Shown: one piece after another, positions 40,152 to 49,891 of the stretch | Position numbering within the stretch: position 1 is the first letter of the stretch | How the letters are laid out: each line of letters begins with the position of its first letter | Source: a virus | Taxonomy: Duplodnaviria > Caudoviricetes | Virus record (IMG/VR): IMGVR_UViG_3300033146_005800 | Location: 1 to 55,252 of that record | Strand: one strand, 5' to 3' | DNA: 55,252 nucleotides | The notes under the pieces: model-generated | The model's database searches: none | What the model saw: only the letters and a program-made list of their open reading frames with translations | Told to the model about the DNA's origin: nothing | Position numbers and translations under genes: made by a program

Positions 40152-41912
40152 TCATTTTAAAATGGAACTCCTGTATTTTATAGATTTGGAGACCCAATTA
40201 ACCACACTGGATCTAAGATTATCTATTATTTGTTTTCCAGATCTTACATCGAAAAGATTTGGACACAAAAAAGGATGATAGGGAGGTTTTGGTGATAAAG
40301 AGGGATTAGTAATTGTGTTTATCATTCTGTGATGATGTTTTGGCCATAATGCAAAAATTGGATCTCCCATTGTTAAAGCAACAATACCAACACCACATAT
40401 TGGACCTATCCAACCAATCGATTTATGTATAGCAGATAATGTGGTTGACAAATTCTCACCAACTAACATTACCGGGGATCTACCAATAGCCTTTCTAATA
40501 GAACTTTTTAAAAAATTCCAATCAACATTATCATAAGAAGTCCCAGTCAAACCTATATCCAAACCAAAATTACTGGATAAATCTTTAGCCAAATCAGAAA
40601 TCAAATTGGGAGGCAAGTCCGACCACATTTTTCTATTTCCATAAGTAGCACCATGAATTAAAATCAAATTGTTGCCATTGAGTTTATTTATAAGGGGTAA
40701 ATTGGAATTGACCTTTAAATCCAATCTATAATAATTCAAAGGCAATTTCCAAATATCCTGTAGATGATTTCCCTTCTCTAAAAAAGTATTAATACAGGCC
40801 GAAAAACCACTGTCGTTACTAAGGGACTTTATCAGTTGATTCCTATCGTAAGATATTGGTGGTGGTTCATTATAAACCTTTCTATATTCTTCGTCCGAAC
40901 AAGATACATATGTACTAGTGCAATTTGGAAGCATATCTATTAACTGATGTGCTCTTCTAGGTCTTTCCTCTTTAGATTTATCCTCCTTGGAAAATTTGTT
41001 AATCATTATGTCAAAATGAATTTTTTCAGCTAAATCTTTAACCCTATTATAAGACCACCAAATATCACCTATTCCATCTACAACCTTTAGGTCTAATGAC
41101 TTCAATTTTTCATATGATACTTCAGAATGGGGTTTATCAACTCTTTTGACCGATATAGGTATAGTTTTGGGATCTGAAACTGTTGTGTTTACAAATTTAT
41201 CAGCATAGGCATTGGACCGTAATACCAATGTAACAGTATTAGATAAACCAAATTGTCCCGAAAAAGATAAATCATCTTTTCTTATAACATCCTCCAATCG
41301 AATATGATTTATTACTGTTGCATTTAAAATTAATTCCAATGAAGCTTTAGAAAAATAATGTAAGTGCTCTCCTGGCCTATAATGTTTCCATTCTGGAAAA
41401 TTTTGTATATCAGTTGGAGTATTTGGCAAAGTTACAATATATAATTTCGATTTTAATTTACAAACCAAAGATGGATCTTTTAAATGCTCTAAAGAATCAA
41501 ACATAGTCACAACATCAAAATCAAGATTGGAATTGTAATCACATTCGGAAATACCAAAATCAGTATTGTGTACATCAATGCCGTAAGGTTCAAATCCAAA
41601 TTCTTTAATAGCATTCAAAAAATGACCCATGCCATAACCTATATCACATATATTATACGATAAATCATCCTGATCCAAAAGAAAAGATATAGCCGATATC
41701 ACATAACCAGCTCTAAGATATGACATATAGTCCTGAGAACTTTTGTTATCGTATCTATCTGTACAATATAATTCTCCGTAATTTTGAGTAACCTCTAGAC
41801 TAGTTTGCCAGGTATGTTCACAAACCTGACATTTAGAAATATCAATCCGTATATAACAGATTAAGTCGTCACTTCCACAAATTGGACAATTAAGATCTCT
41901 AGAATTAGACAC
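40152..41912 (-). CDS. Fusion of Zn-ribbon, class I SAM methyltransferase and GT9-like glycosyltransferase
   Basis: CPIC...CQVC; DIGYGMG, YGID, FDVVTMFDSLEHL, EHLHYFS; C-terminal half with GIGDIWW and IGP-x-CG-x-G. Confidence 0.8.
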   Translation of the reverse strand: MSNSRDLNCPICGSDDLICYIRIDISKCQVCEHTWQTSLEVTQNYGELYCTDRYDNKSSQDYMSYLRAGYVISAISFLLDQDDLSYNICDIGYGMGHFLNAIKEFGFEPYGIDVHNTDFGISECDYNSNLDFDVVTMFDSLEHLKDPSLVCKLKSKLYIVTLPNTPTDIQNFPEWKHYRPGEHLHYFSKASLELILNATVINHIRLEDVIRKDDLSFSGQFGLSNTVTLVLRSNAYADKFVNTTVSDPKTIPISVKRVDKPHSEVSYEKLKSLDLKVVDGIGDIWWSYNRVKDLAEKIHFDIMINKFSKEDKSKEERPRRAHQLIDMLPNCTSTYVSCSDEEYRKVYNEPPPISYDRNQLIKSLSNDSGFSACINTFLEKGNHLQDIWKLPLNYYRLDLKVNSNLPLINKLNGNNLILIHGATYGNRKMWSDLPPNLISDLAKDLSSNFGLDIGLTGTSYDNVDWNFLKSSIRKAIGRSPVMLVGENLSTTLSAIHKSIGWIGPICGVGIVALTMGDPIFALWPKHHHRMINTITNPSLSPKPPYHPFLCPNLFDVRSGKQIIDNLRSSVVNWVSKSIKYRSSILK

Positions 41913-42018
41913 TGTTTCGATACCCTCCGCAAATAATAATTATAAAAAAAGAAAAAAGAAAAAAGACTTAGAATGTTTTATACTAAAATGTAAATTAAAA
42001 ATACGAAAAGGAGAATAC

Positions 42019-42708
42019 ATGAACCCACAAGAGACAGCAACACAAATTATGAAGTTTTGCAGAGGTTCCTTAACAGAAAGGGGTAGATCCGAAGAACTTT
42101 CGGAGTTTCTATTGGATTCAGACTACTTTACGGCTCCATCATCTACTAAATTCCATGCGGCTTTCTCAGGAGGTCTAGTTCTACATTCATACGGGGTCTA
42201 TAATAGACTACGAATGCTTGTTAAACGATCTCCAGAAGATCTCGGAAATGTCAAAGATGATACATTAATGATGTTAGCTCTATTTCATGATCTTTGTAAA
42301 GTCGGAATGTATACAAAAGAACCAAAATGGCAAAAAATAGATGGTAAATGGGAACAAATAGAGGTATGGATTCATGATGATGCAATTCCTCTTGGACATG
42401 GTGAAAAAAGTTTATATATTTTACAAACATATTTGGATGTAACGCCGGAAGAGGCTTGTGCTATTAGATGGCATACCAATCGTCATGAAACTGGAACCCA
42501 CTTTTTTTATCCGACCGGAGCATCACTATCTTCGGCTTTGGAAAAATATCCACTAACTAAATATTTACATTTAGCAGATCTGTATCAAACTTATGCATAT
42601 GAAACTGTATATGGCATATATCATGATAGTGAATGGATAGAAAGAGAAAATACTAAATTTGAACCTATAATCGATGTGCAAAGTTTGAAAGATGAACTTT
42701 CATTATAA
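42019..42708 (+). CDS. HD-domain phosphohydrolase
   Basis: FTAPSSTKFH-x4-GGL-x2-HS, LFHDLCK, GHGEKS, AIRWH, LHLAD. Confidence 0.9.
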   Translation: MNPQETATQIMKFCRGSLTERGRSEELSEFLLDSDYFTAPSSTKFHAAFSGGLVLHSYGVYNRLRMLVKRSPEDLGNVKDDTLMMLALFHDLCKVGMYTKEPKWQKIDGKWEQIEVWIHDDAIPLGHGEKSLYILQTYLDVTPEEACAIRWHTNRHETGTHFFYPTGASLSSALEKYPLTKYLHLADLYQTYAYETVYGIYHDSEWIERENTKFEPIIDVQSLKDELSL

Positions 42709-42731
42709 AATCAATTGAGAGGAATTAAAAT

Positions 42732-45164
42732 TTGCAACAAGATATAGACATTAAAGAAGAAATAGAGAAATCTTATTTAGATTATGCATTAAGTGTAATA
42801 GTTGGACGAACAATTCCAAATGTAAGGGATGGATTGAAACCTGTACATAGAAGAATTCTTTTCACAATGAAAGAACTTGGAAACAGATATAATCAACCTT
42901 TTAAAAAATCGGCAAGAATAGTTGGTGATTGTATTGGTAAATATCATCCACATGGTGATAGTGCTATATATGACGCTCTAGTTCGAATGGCACAAGATTT
43001 CAATATGCGTGCTACTCTAGTGGATGGTCAAGGAAATATTGGATCTATAGATGGTGATAAAGCTGCCGCCATGCGATATACAGAATGTCGAATGACCAAA
43101 ATGGCCAATGAATTTTTAAAAGATCTAAATGAAAAAACAGTCAAATTTAGACCCAATTACGATAATTCCCTATTTGAACCTGAAATACTTCCCACCAGAA
43201 TACCAAATTTGTTCTTAAATGGAACCTCTGGTATAGCAGTTGGAATGGCCACCAGTATACCTCCCCATAACTTGGAAGAACTAATTAATGGAACCATAAA
43301 AGTTATCGACAATCCGGAGGTATCAATAGAAGAGTTATATAAAATAATCAAAGGTCCCGATTTCCCAACTGGAGGAATTATCTATGAAAATCTTTTAGAA
43401 GCCTACAAAACCGGACGTGGTGGTGTAAAAATTAGGGGGATTGTAAGTACAGAAAAAGATATTAAAGGATTAAAGTCAATAGTTATAAAAGAAATTCCAT
43501 ATATGATCACCAAAACTAATCTTTTAAAAAGAATTAGTAAATTTTTAATAGAAAAAAATATAACCGATGTTTTAGATTTAAGAGATGAATCAAATAGAAA
43601 CGGAATCAGAATAGTTTTAGATCTGAAAAGAAATAGTTCAGAAAAATCCATAATAGAAAGTTTGTATAAAAGTACTCCTCTGGAAACGACTTTCAGCATC
43701 AATATTTTATGTGTAGTTAATAACAAACCAAAACAAATAAATCTCAAAGATTATTTGGAACTGTTTATTGATCACAGAAGAGAAATCGTATTAGAAAGAT
43801 CCAAATTCGAGGTTGATAATTTAAAGAAAAGAGCACATATACTAGAAGGAATAAAAATAGCCCTTAAAAAATCAGATTTGTTATTCAAAAAAATAAAAGA
43901 ATCAAAAAACTCTAAAGAAGCCACAGAAATTATAAAAACAACCTTTAAATTATCCGACACACAAGTCAAAGCCATTCTTGCTCTAACATTTCATAAATTA
44001 ACTAATATGGAAAGAAATAAAGTAGAGGATGAATACGTAACCTCACTGAAGGAAATAAAAAGGCTAAATAAAATAATTACGGAAGAAACAGTATTGGATA
44101 ATATTGTAAAGGATGAATTGTTGGAGGTAAGGAAAGAATATCCAAGTCCTAGAAAAACAAGAATTCTGGAGGGAGATATTGCAGAAATTAGTGAGGAAGA
44201 ACTAATAAATGAGGATAATCTCATTACCTCATTAACCAGTAAAGGTTATATTAAATCTACCCCAATATCTGAGTATCCAGTTCAAAAAAGAGGTGGGAAA
44301 GGTATTATTCAAGGTTCCGATATAATAAGATTAGTGATAACAACGAATCCTAAACAAGAAATAATGGCCTTCACAAACAAAGGACGATACTTCATAATAA
44401 ATATGGATGATATTCCTGTGATTGGAAGAAAAGCTAAGGGAAAACATATATCTAATATAATAGAGGTTGAAAAGGATTGTTCACATCCCTTTGAAAAGGA
44501 AAAAGAATTTGTAAATTCAATGATCAAGTATGACTTTTCTGAACATACAAGAAAAAAGCATCTACTATTTATAACCAAAAATGGAATAGTAAAAAAATCA
44601 CCATTTTCTCTATTCAGAACTAAAAGAATAACCCAAGGAATGGCAGCCATAACATTAAAAGGAAATGACGAACTTTTAAAGGTATTAGAAATAGAATCAA
44701 ATGATAATCTTATGTTTGTCAGTAAAAATGCAATGGGTTTAGTCATAAATGAGAATGTAATTAGACCTTCCAAAACCACCAGAGATGCAATCGGTGTAAT
44801 AGGGATGGGATTAAAGAAAAAGGACGTATTGATTGATTGTTTCAAAGTTTATTATGAAGATGACTTCAAGATTATAACGATATGCAAAAATGGATATGGT
44901 CGAAGAACAGATATGACAGAATTCAAAAGTGTCAATAGAGGGGCACTTGGATTATCAATTTTGAAAGTGAAAAACACACAAATGGAAATAGCTGGTGCAG
45001 CTGGTATTAGAAATAATGAAAATGCCTTGATTTTAACCACCAAGAATTCAGCAATATCTATAAAATCTAAAGATGTACCAATACATAAAAGATATTCATT
45101 AGGTGGAAAGATTGTAAAATTACAAAATGACGAGTTCGTATCTTTAATAGAAACCACAAATTAA
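42732..45164 (+). CDS. gyrA: DNA gyrase subunit A with beta-pinwheel CTD
   Basis: SYLDYA-x-[29 protein letters not shown], catalytic AAMRYTE, GyrA-box QKRGGKG. Confidence 0.97.
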   Translation: MQQDIDIKEEIEKSYLDYALSVIVGRTIPNVRDGLKPVHRRILFTMKELGNRYNQPFKKSARIVGDCIGKYHPHGDSAIYDALVRMAQDFNMRATLVDGQGNIGSIDGDKAAAMRYTECRMTKMANEFLKDLNEKTVKFRPNYDNSLFEPEILPTRIPNLFLNGTSGIAVGMATSIPPHNLEELINGTIKVIDNPEVSIEELYKIIKGPDFPTGGIIYENLLEAYKTGRGGVKIRGIVSTEKDIKGLKSIVIKEIPYMITKTNLLKRISKFLIEKNITDVLDLRDESNRNGIRIVLDLKRNSSEKSIIESLYKSTPLETTFSINILCVVNNKPKQINLKDYLELFIDHRREIVLERSKFEVDNLKKRAHILEGIKIALKKSDLLFKKIKESKNSKEATEIIKTTFKLSDTQVKAILALTFHKLTNMERNKVEDEYVTSLKEIKRLNKIITEETVLDNIVKDELLEVRKEYPSPRKTRILEGDIAEISEEELINEDNLITSLTSKGYIKSTPISEYPVQKRGGKGIIQGSDIIRLVITTNPKQEIMAFTNKGRYFIINMDDIPVIGRKAKGKHISNIIEVEKDCSHPFEKEKEFVNSMIKYDFSEHTRKKHLLFITKNGIVKKSPFSLFRTKRITQGMAAITLKGNDELLKVLEIESNDNLMFVSKNAMGLVINENVIRPSKTTRDAIGVIGMGLKKKDVLIDCFKVYYEDDFKIITICKNGYGRRTDMTEFKSVNRGALGLSILKVKNTQMEIAGAAGIRNNENALILTTKNSAISIKSKDVPIHKRYSLGGKIVKLQNDEFVSLIETTN

Positions 45165-45177
45165 AAGGAAAACAAAT

Positions 45178-45552
45178 ATGTCAGCAATAAAAAACTTTCT
45201 AGGTACCAGGGTAGAAGAATTAGATATAGAAAAGCAGTGTTTGAATCGAACTCCTATAGACAGTTTGATATGTGTAAAATTCGACGATGGACATATACAT
45301 TACCAACTTCCATCGAACACTTCAGTAACAGAGTTTATATCGGTCCTATACAATGAATGTCAAAAAGAGGAAGTGCAGTCGAGAGAAAGAATAGCTGTAA
45401 GTGGATTTAAGGAAAATACTTTACAAAAAACCAAACACAATCAGGTAATTGATATTAAAGCTGAACCCATTCCGATAAAACCTAAGGAAATCAAAAAAGA
45501 AATTGAGGAAGCAAAAAATGAAAATAGAAAAACCGAAGAGATCAATAAATAA
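45178..45552 (+). CDS. Hypothetical protein
   Basis: 124-aa ORF with AAGG RBS, between gyrA and the endolysin. Confidence 0.6.
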   Translation: MSAIKNFLGTRVEELDIEKQCLNRTPIDSLICVKFDDGHIHYQLPSNTSVTEFISVLYNECQKEEVQSRERIAVSGFKENTLQKTKHNQVIDIKAEPIPIKPKEIKKEIEEAKNENRKTEEINK

Positions 45553-46222
45553 AATTTTTATTCATTGTACTGCTTACCCCCATCAGGATATATTTGGGGA
45601 TTCATTAGTAGAAACTATAACTAAATGGCACAAAGCTAGGGGATGGAGCACTATTGGTTATCATGGAGTTATAGATTGTCAAGGACTTTACATTCCAGGT
45701 AGAGATTTTGAAAAAACACCTGCGGCCCAAGGAGGTCACAATACTGGAACCCTGGCATTCTCATTGGACGGGTTACATATACATCAGTTCAACCAAAAAC
45801 AATTTACAACATTACTTTTTCTGGCAGACCAATTAGATTCACTTTATGGAAATACCATAACATATCATGGACATTGTGAAGTCAACCCTAATAAATCATG
45901 TCCAGTATTCAATTATAAAAAAGTTCTTGGTATAAGTACGGATGGAAAAAGACAACACAATGCTTCCAGCATAAATATACCTGCAGATGATACAATATAT
46001 CAATTTCCTAATTATGACATACAAGAAAAAAGAACCTTATCCAAAACTAGTATAGGAAATGATGTTCGATTTATTCAAGAACTTCTCAAAATTAAAGTAG
46101 ATGGAATTTTTGGATCTGAAACTTGTAAAGCTGTCATAAAATTTCAAATAAAAAACAAATTAATCCCTGATGGAATTGTTGGACCAAATACATGGCTATC
46201 ACTTCTAAAATCAAAGGAATAA
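45518..46222 (+). CDS. Endolysin: N-acetylmuramoyl-L-alanine amidase (T7 lysozyme-like) with C-terminal peptidoglycan-binding domain
   Basis: IFIHCTA, WH-x2-RGW-x2-IGYH, GR, HGH...K-x-CP; DG-x-FG-x2-T-x2-AV-x2-FQ...DGIVG-x2-TW. Confidence 0.92.
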   Translation: MKIEKPKRSINKIFIHCTAYPHQDIFGDSLVETITKWHKARGWSTIGYHGVIDCQGLYIPGRDFEKTPAAQGGHNTGTLAFSLDGLHIHQFNQKQFTTLLFLADQLDSLYGNTITYHGHCEVNPNKSCPVFNYKKVLGISTDGKRQHNASSINIPADDTIYQFPNYDIQEKRTLSKTSIGNDVRFIQELLKIKVDGIFGSETCKAVIKFQIKNKLIPDGIVGPNTWLSLLKSKE

Positions 46223-46342
46223 TGCTTACAATTTTCCTTTTACTTAAAAATGGATTCAATTTAAGAAAAACCAATAGAGATCTGAAGAAAAAGATACTAA
46301 AAGTTAATAATAAAATCACAAATATTATAGGAAATAAGTAAA

Positions 46343-46615
46343 ATGAATGAAGAAATCATAACATTTTGTCCCGACGTTGGTGGTGCATGTATGGGTAATA
46401 AATGCAGTGCATACTCAAAGGGTTTGCAGATTGATATTATAACAAATACAAATACCATAAATCAAATGATCTCTATAACCGACACAGAAGAAAACGATCT
46501 GATAAATCTAAGATTAGGAATGGATTGTAATATATGTAAAAAGTATGATAAATTCGTGACTCAAGAATCTCATGACATGTTCAATGATGTTATAGACAAT
46601 TTTAAGAAAAGATAA
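46343..46615 (+). CDS. Small Cys-rich hypothetical protein
   Basis: CP-x5-C-x4-C...C-x2-C; preceded by ATACTAAA and an RBS. Confidence 0.65.
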   Translation: MNEEIITFCPDVGGACMGNKCSAYSKGLQIDIITNTNTINQMISITDTEENDLINLRLGMDCNICKKYDKFVTQESHDMFNDVIDNFKKR

Positions 46616-46706
46616 CATAGTGTATCTAATGTGTACATATCTTTCTAATAATTAAGTTTTAGGAAGAAAGAGTATTGTTTCTAAAATAACAACGTCTTGA
46701 AACATT

Positions 46707-46907
46707 CTAATCTTCACTCCTAAGTCCTCCATTGAAATATTCACAATTTTCCCAATTTTCTATTTGTTTATATTTGGAAGGAATAATTTTTGGATAAGAT
46801 ACACAACCCAATTTATCTGGAAACTTATTGTCGCATTTAGAACACTGATTAAAAACCAGAGAATCTATATTATCCCATGTAAATCTGGAATCATCTCCTC
46901 TTATCAT
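46707..46907 (-). CDS. Small Cys4 protein, candidate ART partner or immunity protein
   Basis: CSKC...C-x2-YP-x2-IP...C-x-YF; starts 14 bp after the ART stop, with AGGGG RBS. Confidence 0.65.
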   Translation of the reverse strand: MIRGDDSRFTWDNIDSLVFNQCSKCDNKFPDKLGCVSYPKIIPSKYKQIENWENCEYFNGGLRSED

Positions 46908-46921
46908 AAGTAACCCCTTTA

Positions 46922-47890
46922 TTATTTTTTAGGTCTTCTGATAACTCTTTTCTTAATCTTAGTCTTAGGTTTAACTCTTTCAGTAGATTTTGGTGCTGCC
47001 ATTTGTGATTCATTTGGCATAGCCCGTAAATGAATGGATCTCATTTTAAACATGTCAGGATTATGATTGCCGTCGGTCATCATTGCGGCCATAGCAGTAT
47101 AATCCTGCATTGCTTTTGGCAATTTATTCGAATCCTTCTGCATATCTATAATTTCATTCTGCAAAACTTCGAATTGCATACCTCTAGGCAGCAAAAGCTC
47201 AAATTCGGAAATATTAACAGGAAGAGCTTTTGTCCCTTTTGGAAGCTCAACCTTAAACATACTTCCAAATCTCAACAAACCATCAGTTTTACTATCTCTC
47301 CACATAAAATTAGTAGAAATATCAGGTTTAACCGTTGTAGACATATACCCATTATCCTGAAAAATCTCACCAACCTTCAATTCTCTTCCTAAAGTCTCGT
47401 GAAAATCTCGTTTAGTGCCTCTAACAGCGATAGTGTCCTTTGTTAAGCCATCAGCCTTATCTATAGCCGAATCTAAGAGTCTTATATCAGGATCATCGAC
47501 ATGTTGCTTAAGATTATCTCGTAATTTTTCATTAAAACCAATTTCATTAACATAATCTCGCATTACATTATATTCCATATCCGTATAATCACCGGAAATT
47601 GGAAAACCATCCGAGTAATCCTCAAAACCCCAATCTTTGGCATCAGCTTCCCTAAAATCATTATCCATTTTCTCTACTATAGATAATCTTTTCTCATCGG
47701 GGGATTTATTACTTATATTAGAATCGTGATTCTTTCCCGTATTACTTCTATCGGACACATCCTCCATTCTTTGATGTTGTTCAACATCCTCCACTTTATC
47801 TTTTGTAACTCGTAAATGTTGAGATACATCAATCTTTTCTGAAGACTTACTCTTAATAACTTTAGGCTTTAATTTTTTTGAACCTTTCAA
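46922..47890 (-). CDS. VIP2/Alt-like ADP-ribosyltransferase with type-B N-terminal tag
   Basis: Y...N-x2-LR, LDSAI, AVRG, GYMSTT, LPKGT, EFELLLPRG (R-S-ExE); TTG start after GAGGTG. Confidence 0.9.
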   Translation of the reverse strand: MKGSKKLKPKVIKSKSSEKIDVSQHLRVTKDKVEDVEQHQRMEDVSDRSNTGKNHDSNISNKSPDEKRLSIVEKMDNDFREADAKDWGFEDYSDGFPISGDYTDMEYNVMRDYVNEIGFNEKLRDNLKQHVDDPDIRLLDSAIDKADGLTKDTIAVRGTKRDFHETLGRELKVGEIFQDNGYMSTTVKPDISTNFMWRDSKTDGLLRFGSMFKVELPKGTKALPVNISEFELLLPRGMQFEVLQNEIIDMQKDSNKLPKAMQDYTAMAAMMTDGNHNPDMFKMRSIHLRAMPNESQMAAPKSTERVKPKTKIKKRVIRRPKK

Positions 47891-47946
47891 TGAAACACCT
47901 CATTAAAATAATTTAATAATGTTTTAAATTTTAAAAGAGGGTAATA

Positions 47947-49485
47947 TTAAGGTAATTCTTGTACTTTCACTTCCCTTTCACCTTCAGACATAACAATATG
48001 TTCACTCTCTTTACCACCAAATGACCAAAATTGATTAACACCTAAAATATCATCCTTTGGTACACTTGCTTGCATAACTACACCAATACCACCTCTCATA
48101 TCCGCTGAATCCCGACCAAAACTTTTAGCTATAAATTCTGAAGACGTCCAAGAGGATATAGAATTAGAATCCGCAAATTGTGTACCATCAGGATCAGGAC
48201 GTGTTAATTCCTTTTTATTGGTTCCTCTAAACAATTTCACAGATTCAACACCTGGATGTTGTTTGTCTAAAATTGCCCTAGAAAGAGCTTTGCTAAGTAC
48301 TAAACCCCTTTTTAAATTGGACTTAATTTTATCAGGCAAATTGTCTGCTTTACCTTTCAAATTATCTTTATTACTCATTCCATGATTGGAAATAACCTCA
48401 CCACCGTAGGTATTAGCTACAAGCTGCTTTAACACTGATCCTCCATCAGAACTACTAGAATCCAACCAATCCTGCATATAATCAGAGAATGAACCTGCAT
48501 TTTCCGAGAATACATGATCTAATTCGTTCATATGTTTATCCAACAAATTATCTGGTAACGTTTTACCAAAATGATCCACTAGTTCTTTGTGTGTCTTTTT
48601 ATCCTTAATTCCACTCAATAATTCCTTAATCTTGCCCTTTTCTTTAGTCAAAGAATGATCCGGAAATTCTTTCTGTGCCTCCGAATAACTCATCTTCTTG
48701 ATAAGAGAGTTTTTAAACTGATCAGCTCCATCAATACCTTCGGAAATGAGTTGTTTTAAATCCTGTTTATCCATCCTGTTTGCAGCAAATTCAATATCAC
48801 GATGTCTACGTATCTCTCCAGATCGCAAAGCGTCTTTAGTACCATCTGAACCTTCCATATTTCGTATTACAGAAGTCCTGGTAGAATTGTACTGAAAAGG
48901 TGACAAGTCGTCTCTATCTTTATTCTTCTTAATGATATCCAATATCTTTAATCTACCCGTATCATCTGTACTACCAGATAAACTTTCCAACACACTAGAA
49001 GACGTCTCATCGTTATAAATCATTTTATTTGCTAAAGTCTCGTTGGCTCTTTCTGCAACACGTGACCTAACCTCATCAAATTTACTTGTTGACAATTTTT
49101 CTAACGTCGCATTATCTGCCCTATCAGCTATTTGTAAATTGTGTCTGGAAGTTGGAATATTTGCATCTGCATACTTTCCCAACTTATCCACTGGAGCATT
49201 TTTAATATCCTTAAGAAGACGATCACTGGCAATATAAAAAGCGTCCTCACGCGCCATATCTTCTTTAGTCATAGGAGAACTCTTTTCCGCTGATAGATAA
49301 TCCTTTACAGAGGTAATGTCTGTTACAGTTTGCTCAGAAAGAGAATCCTTTTTCTTTTTGGGACGTAGTCTACCTCCATTCTTTTCATTGCTTACATGTT
49401 GCATTCTAATATGTGGTTCTTTCTTAACTGAATTAACCGTAGTTGGTTTAACAGGCAATTTTTTTAAATTTCCCTTTCCAGACAT
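47947..49485 (-). CDS. ART-fold protein with type-A tag and HEAT-like helical repeats
   Basis: KLFRGT, SISSWTSS-x2-IA-x2-F, VPKDDIL, ESEHIV. Confidence 0.8.
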   Translation of the reverse strand: MSGKGNLKKLPVKPTTVNSVKKEPHIRMQHVSNEKNGGRLRPKKKKDSLSEQTVTDITSVKDYLSAEKSSPMTKEDMAREDAFYIASDRLLKDIKNAPVDKLGKYADANIPTSRHNLQIADRADNATLEKLSTSKFDEVRSRVAERANETLANKMIYNDETSSSVLESLSGSTDDTGRLKILDIIKKNKDRDDLSPFQYNSTRTSVIRNMEGSDGTKDALRSGEIRRHRDIEFAANRMDKQDLKQLISEGIDGADQFKNSLIKKMSYSEAQKEFPDHSLTKEKGKIKELLSGIKDKKTHKELVDHFGKTLPDNLLDKHMNELDHVFSENAGSFSDYMQDWLDSSSSDGGSVLKQLVANTYGGEVISNHGMSNKDNLKGKADNLPDKIKSNLKRGLVLSKALSRAILDKQHPGVESVKLFRGTNKKELTRPDPDGTQFADSNSISSWTSSEFIAKSFGRDSADMRGGIGVVMQASVPKDDILGVNQFWSFGGKESEHIVMSEGEREVKVQELP

Positions 49486-49622
49486 TAAGGTTTATACCCC
49501 CAATAAATTTCAAAAGGAGTGAATTCAGCATTACACTCAGTACATGTAAATTGAACTTTCGTAAAACAATCACATTTTATTCTATGATTATGATTACATT
49601 TTTTACAAGTCCACGTTAACAT
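49485..49622 (-). CDS. 45-aa Zn-ribbon protein translationally coupled to the ART gene
   Basis: MLTWTCKKCNHNHRIKCDCFTKVQFTCTECNAEFTPFEIYWGYKP; AGAGG RBS; TAATG overlap with the next ATG. Confidence 0.65.
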   Translation of the reverse strand: MLTWTCKKCNHNHRIKCDCFTKVQFTCTECNAEFTPFEIYWGYKP

Positions 49623-49629
49623 AACACAT

Positions 49630-49688
49630 CCTCTAATAATTTATAATTTTAATATTACAAAGATTACATAAAGTATGTTTTATAATCA
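49630..49688 (-). promoter_or_regulatory. Duplicated promoter/RBS block, copy 1
   Basis: CCTCTAATAATTTAYAATTTT...TATTACA...TAAAKTATGTTTTATARTCA shared with 51730-51780. Confidence 0.7.
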
Positions 49689-49880
49689 ATATTGAACGAT
49701 TTTCTTACGCAATCTTTTGCCCTTTTGTTTTTTAACTTTACCTGATGGCCTCAACGAATCGAAATTATTTATAGTTCCAACGGGTCTAATTCGAGAACTA
49801 TCAACAACCTTCAATTTCGTATCATCCAAAATATACTCAAAATCATGACCCATTTTTGATGGAATAACAAGAATATCCAT
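49686..49880 (-). CDS. Small basic protein
   Basis: 64 aa with AGGGG RBS after the 592-aa ART; RIRP/LRP...KK tail resembles the basic segments in the ART proteins. Confidence 0.55.
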   Translation of the reverse strand: MDILVIPSKMGHDFEYILDDTKLKVVDSSRIRPVGTINNFDSLRPSGKVKKQKGKRLRKKIVQY

Positions 49881-49891
49881 TTAAGTAACCC

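Noticed and set aside
43157-45157. Antisense ORFs over gyrA, and similar short ORFs over recA, polA, the clamp and ART genes
   Set aside because: They lie wholly opposite well-supported genes and have F/S/L/I-rich shadow composition.
36271-45164. Bacterial chromosome origin region (gyrB, gyrA, clamp)
   Set aside because: No dnaA, recF or ribosomal genes; gp32/UvsY/UvsW-like genes, UDG-PolA and an endolysin indicate a phage.
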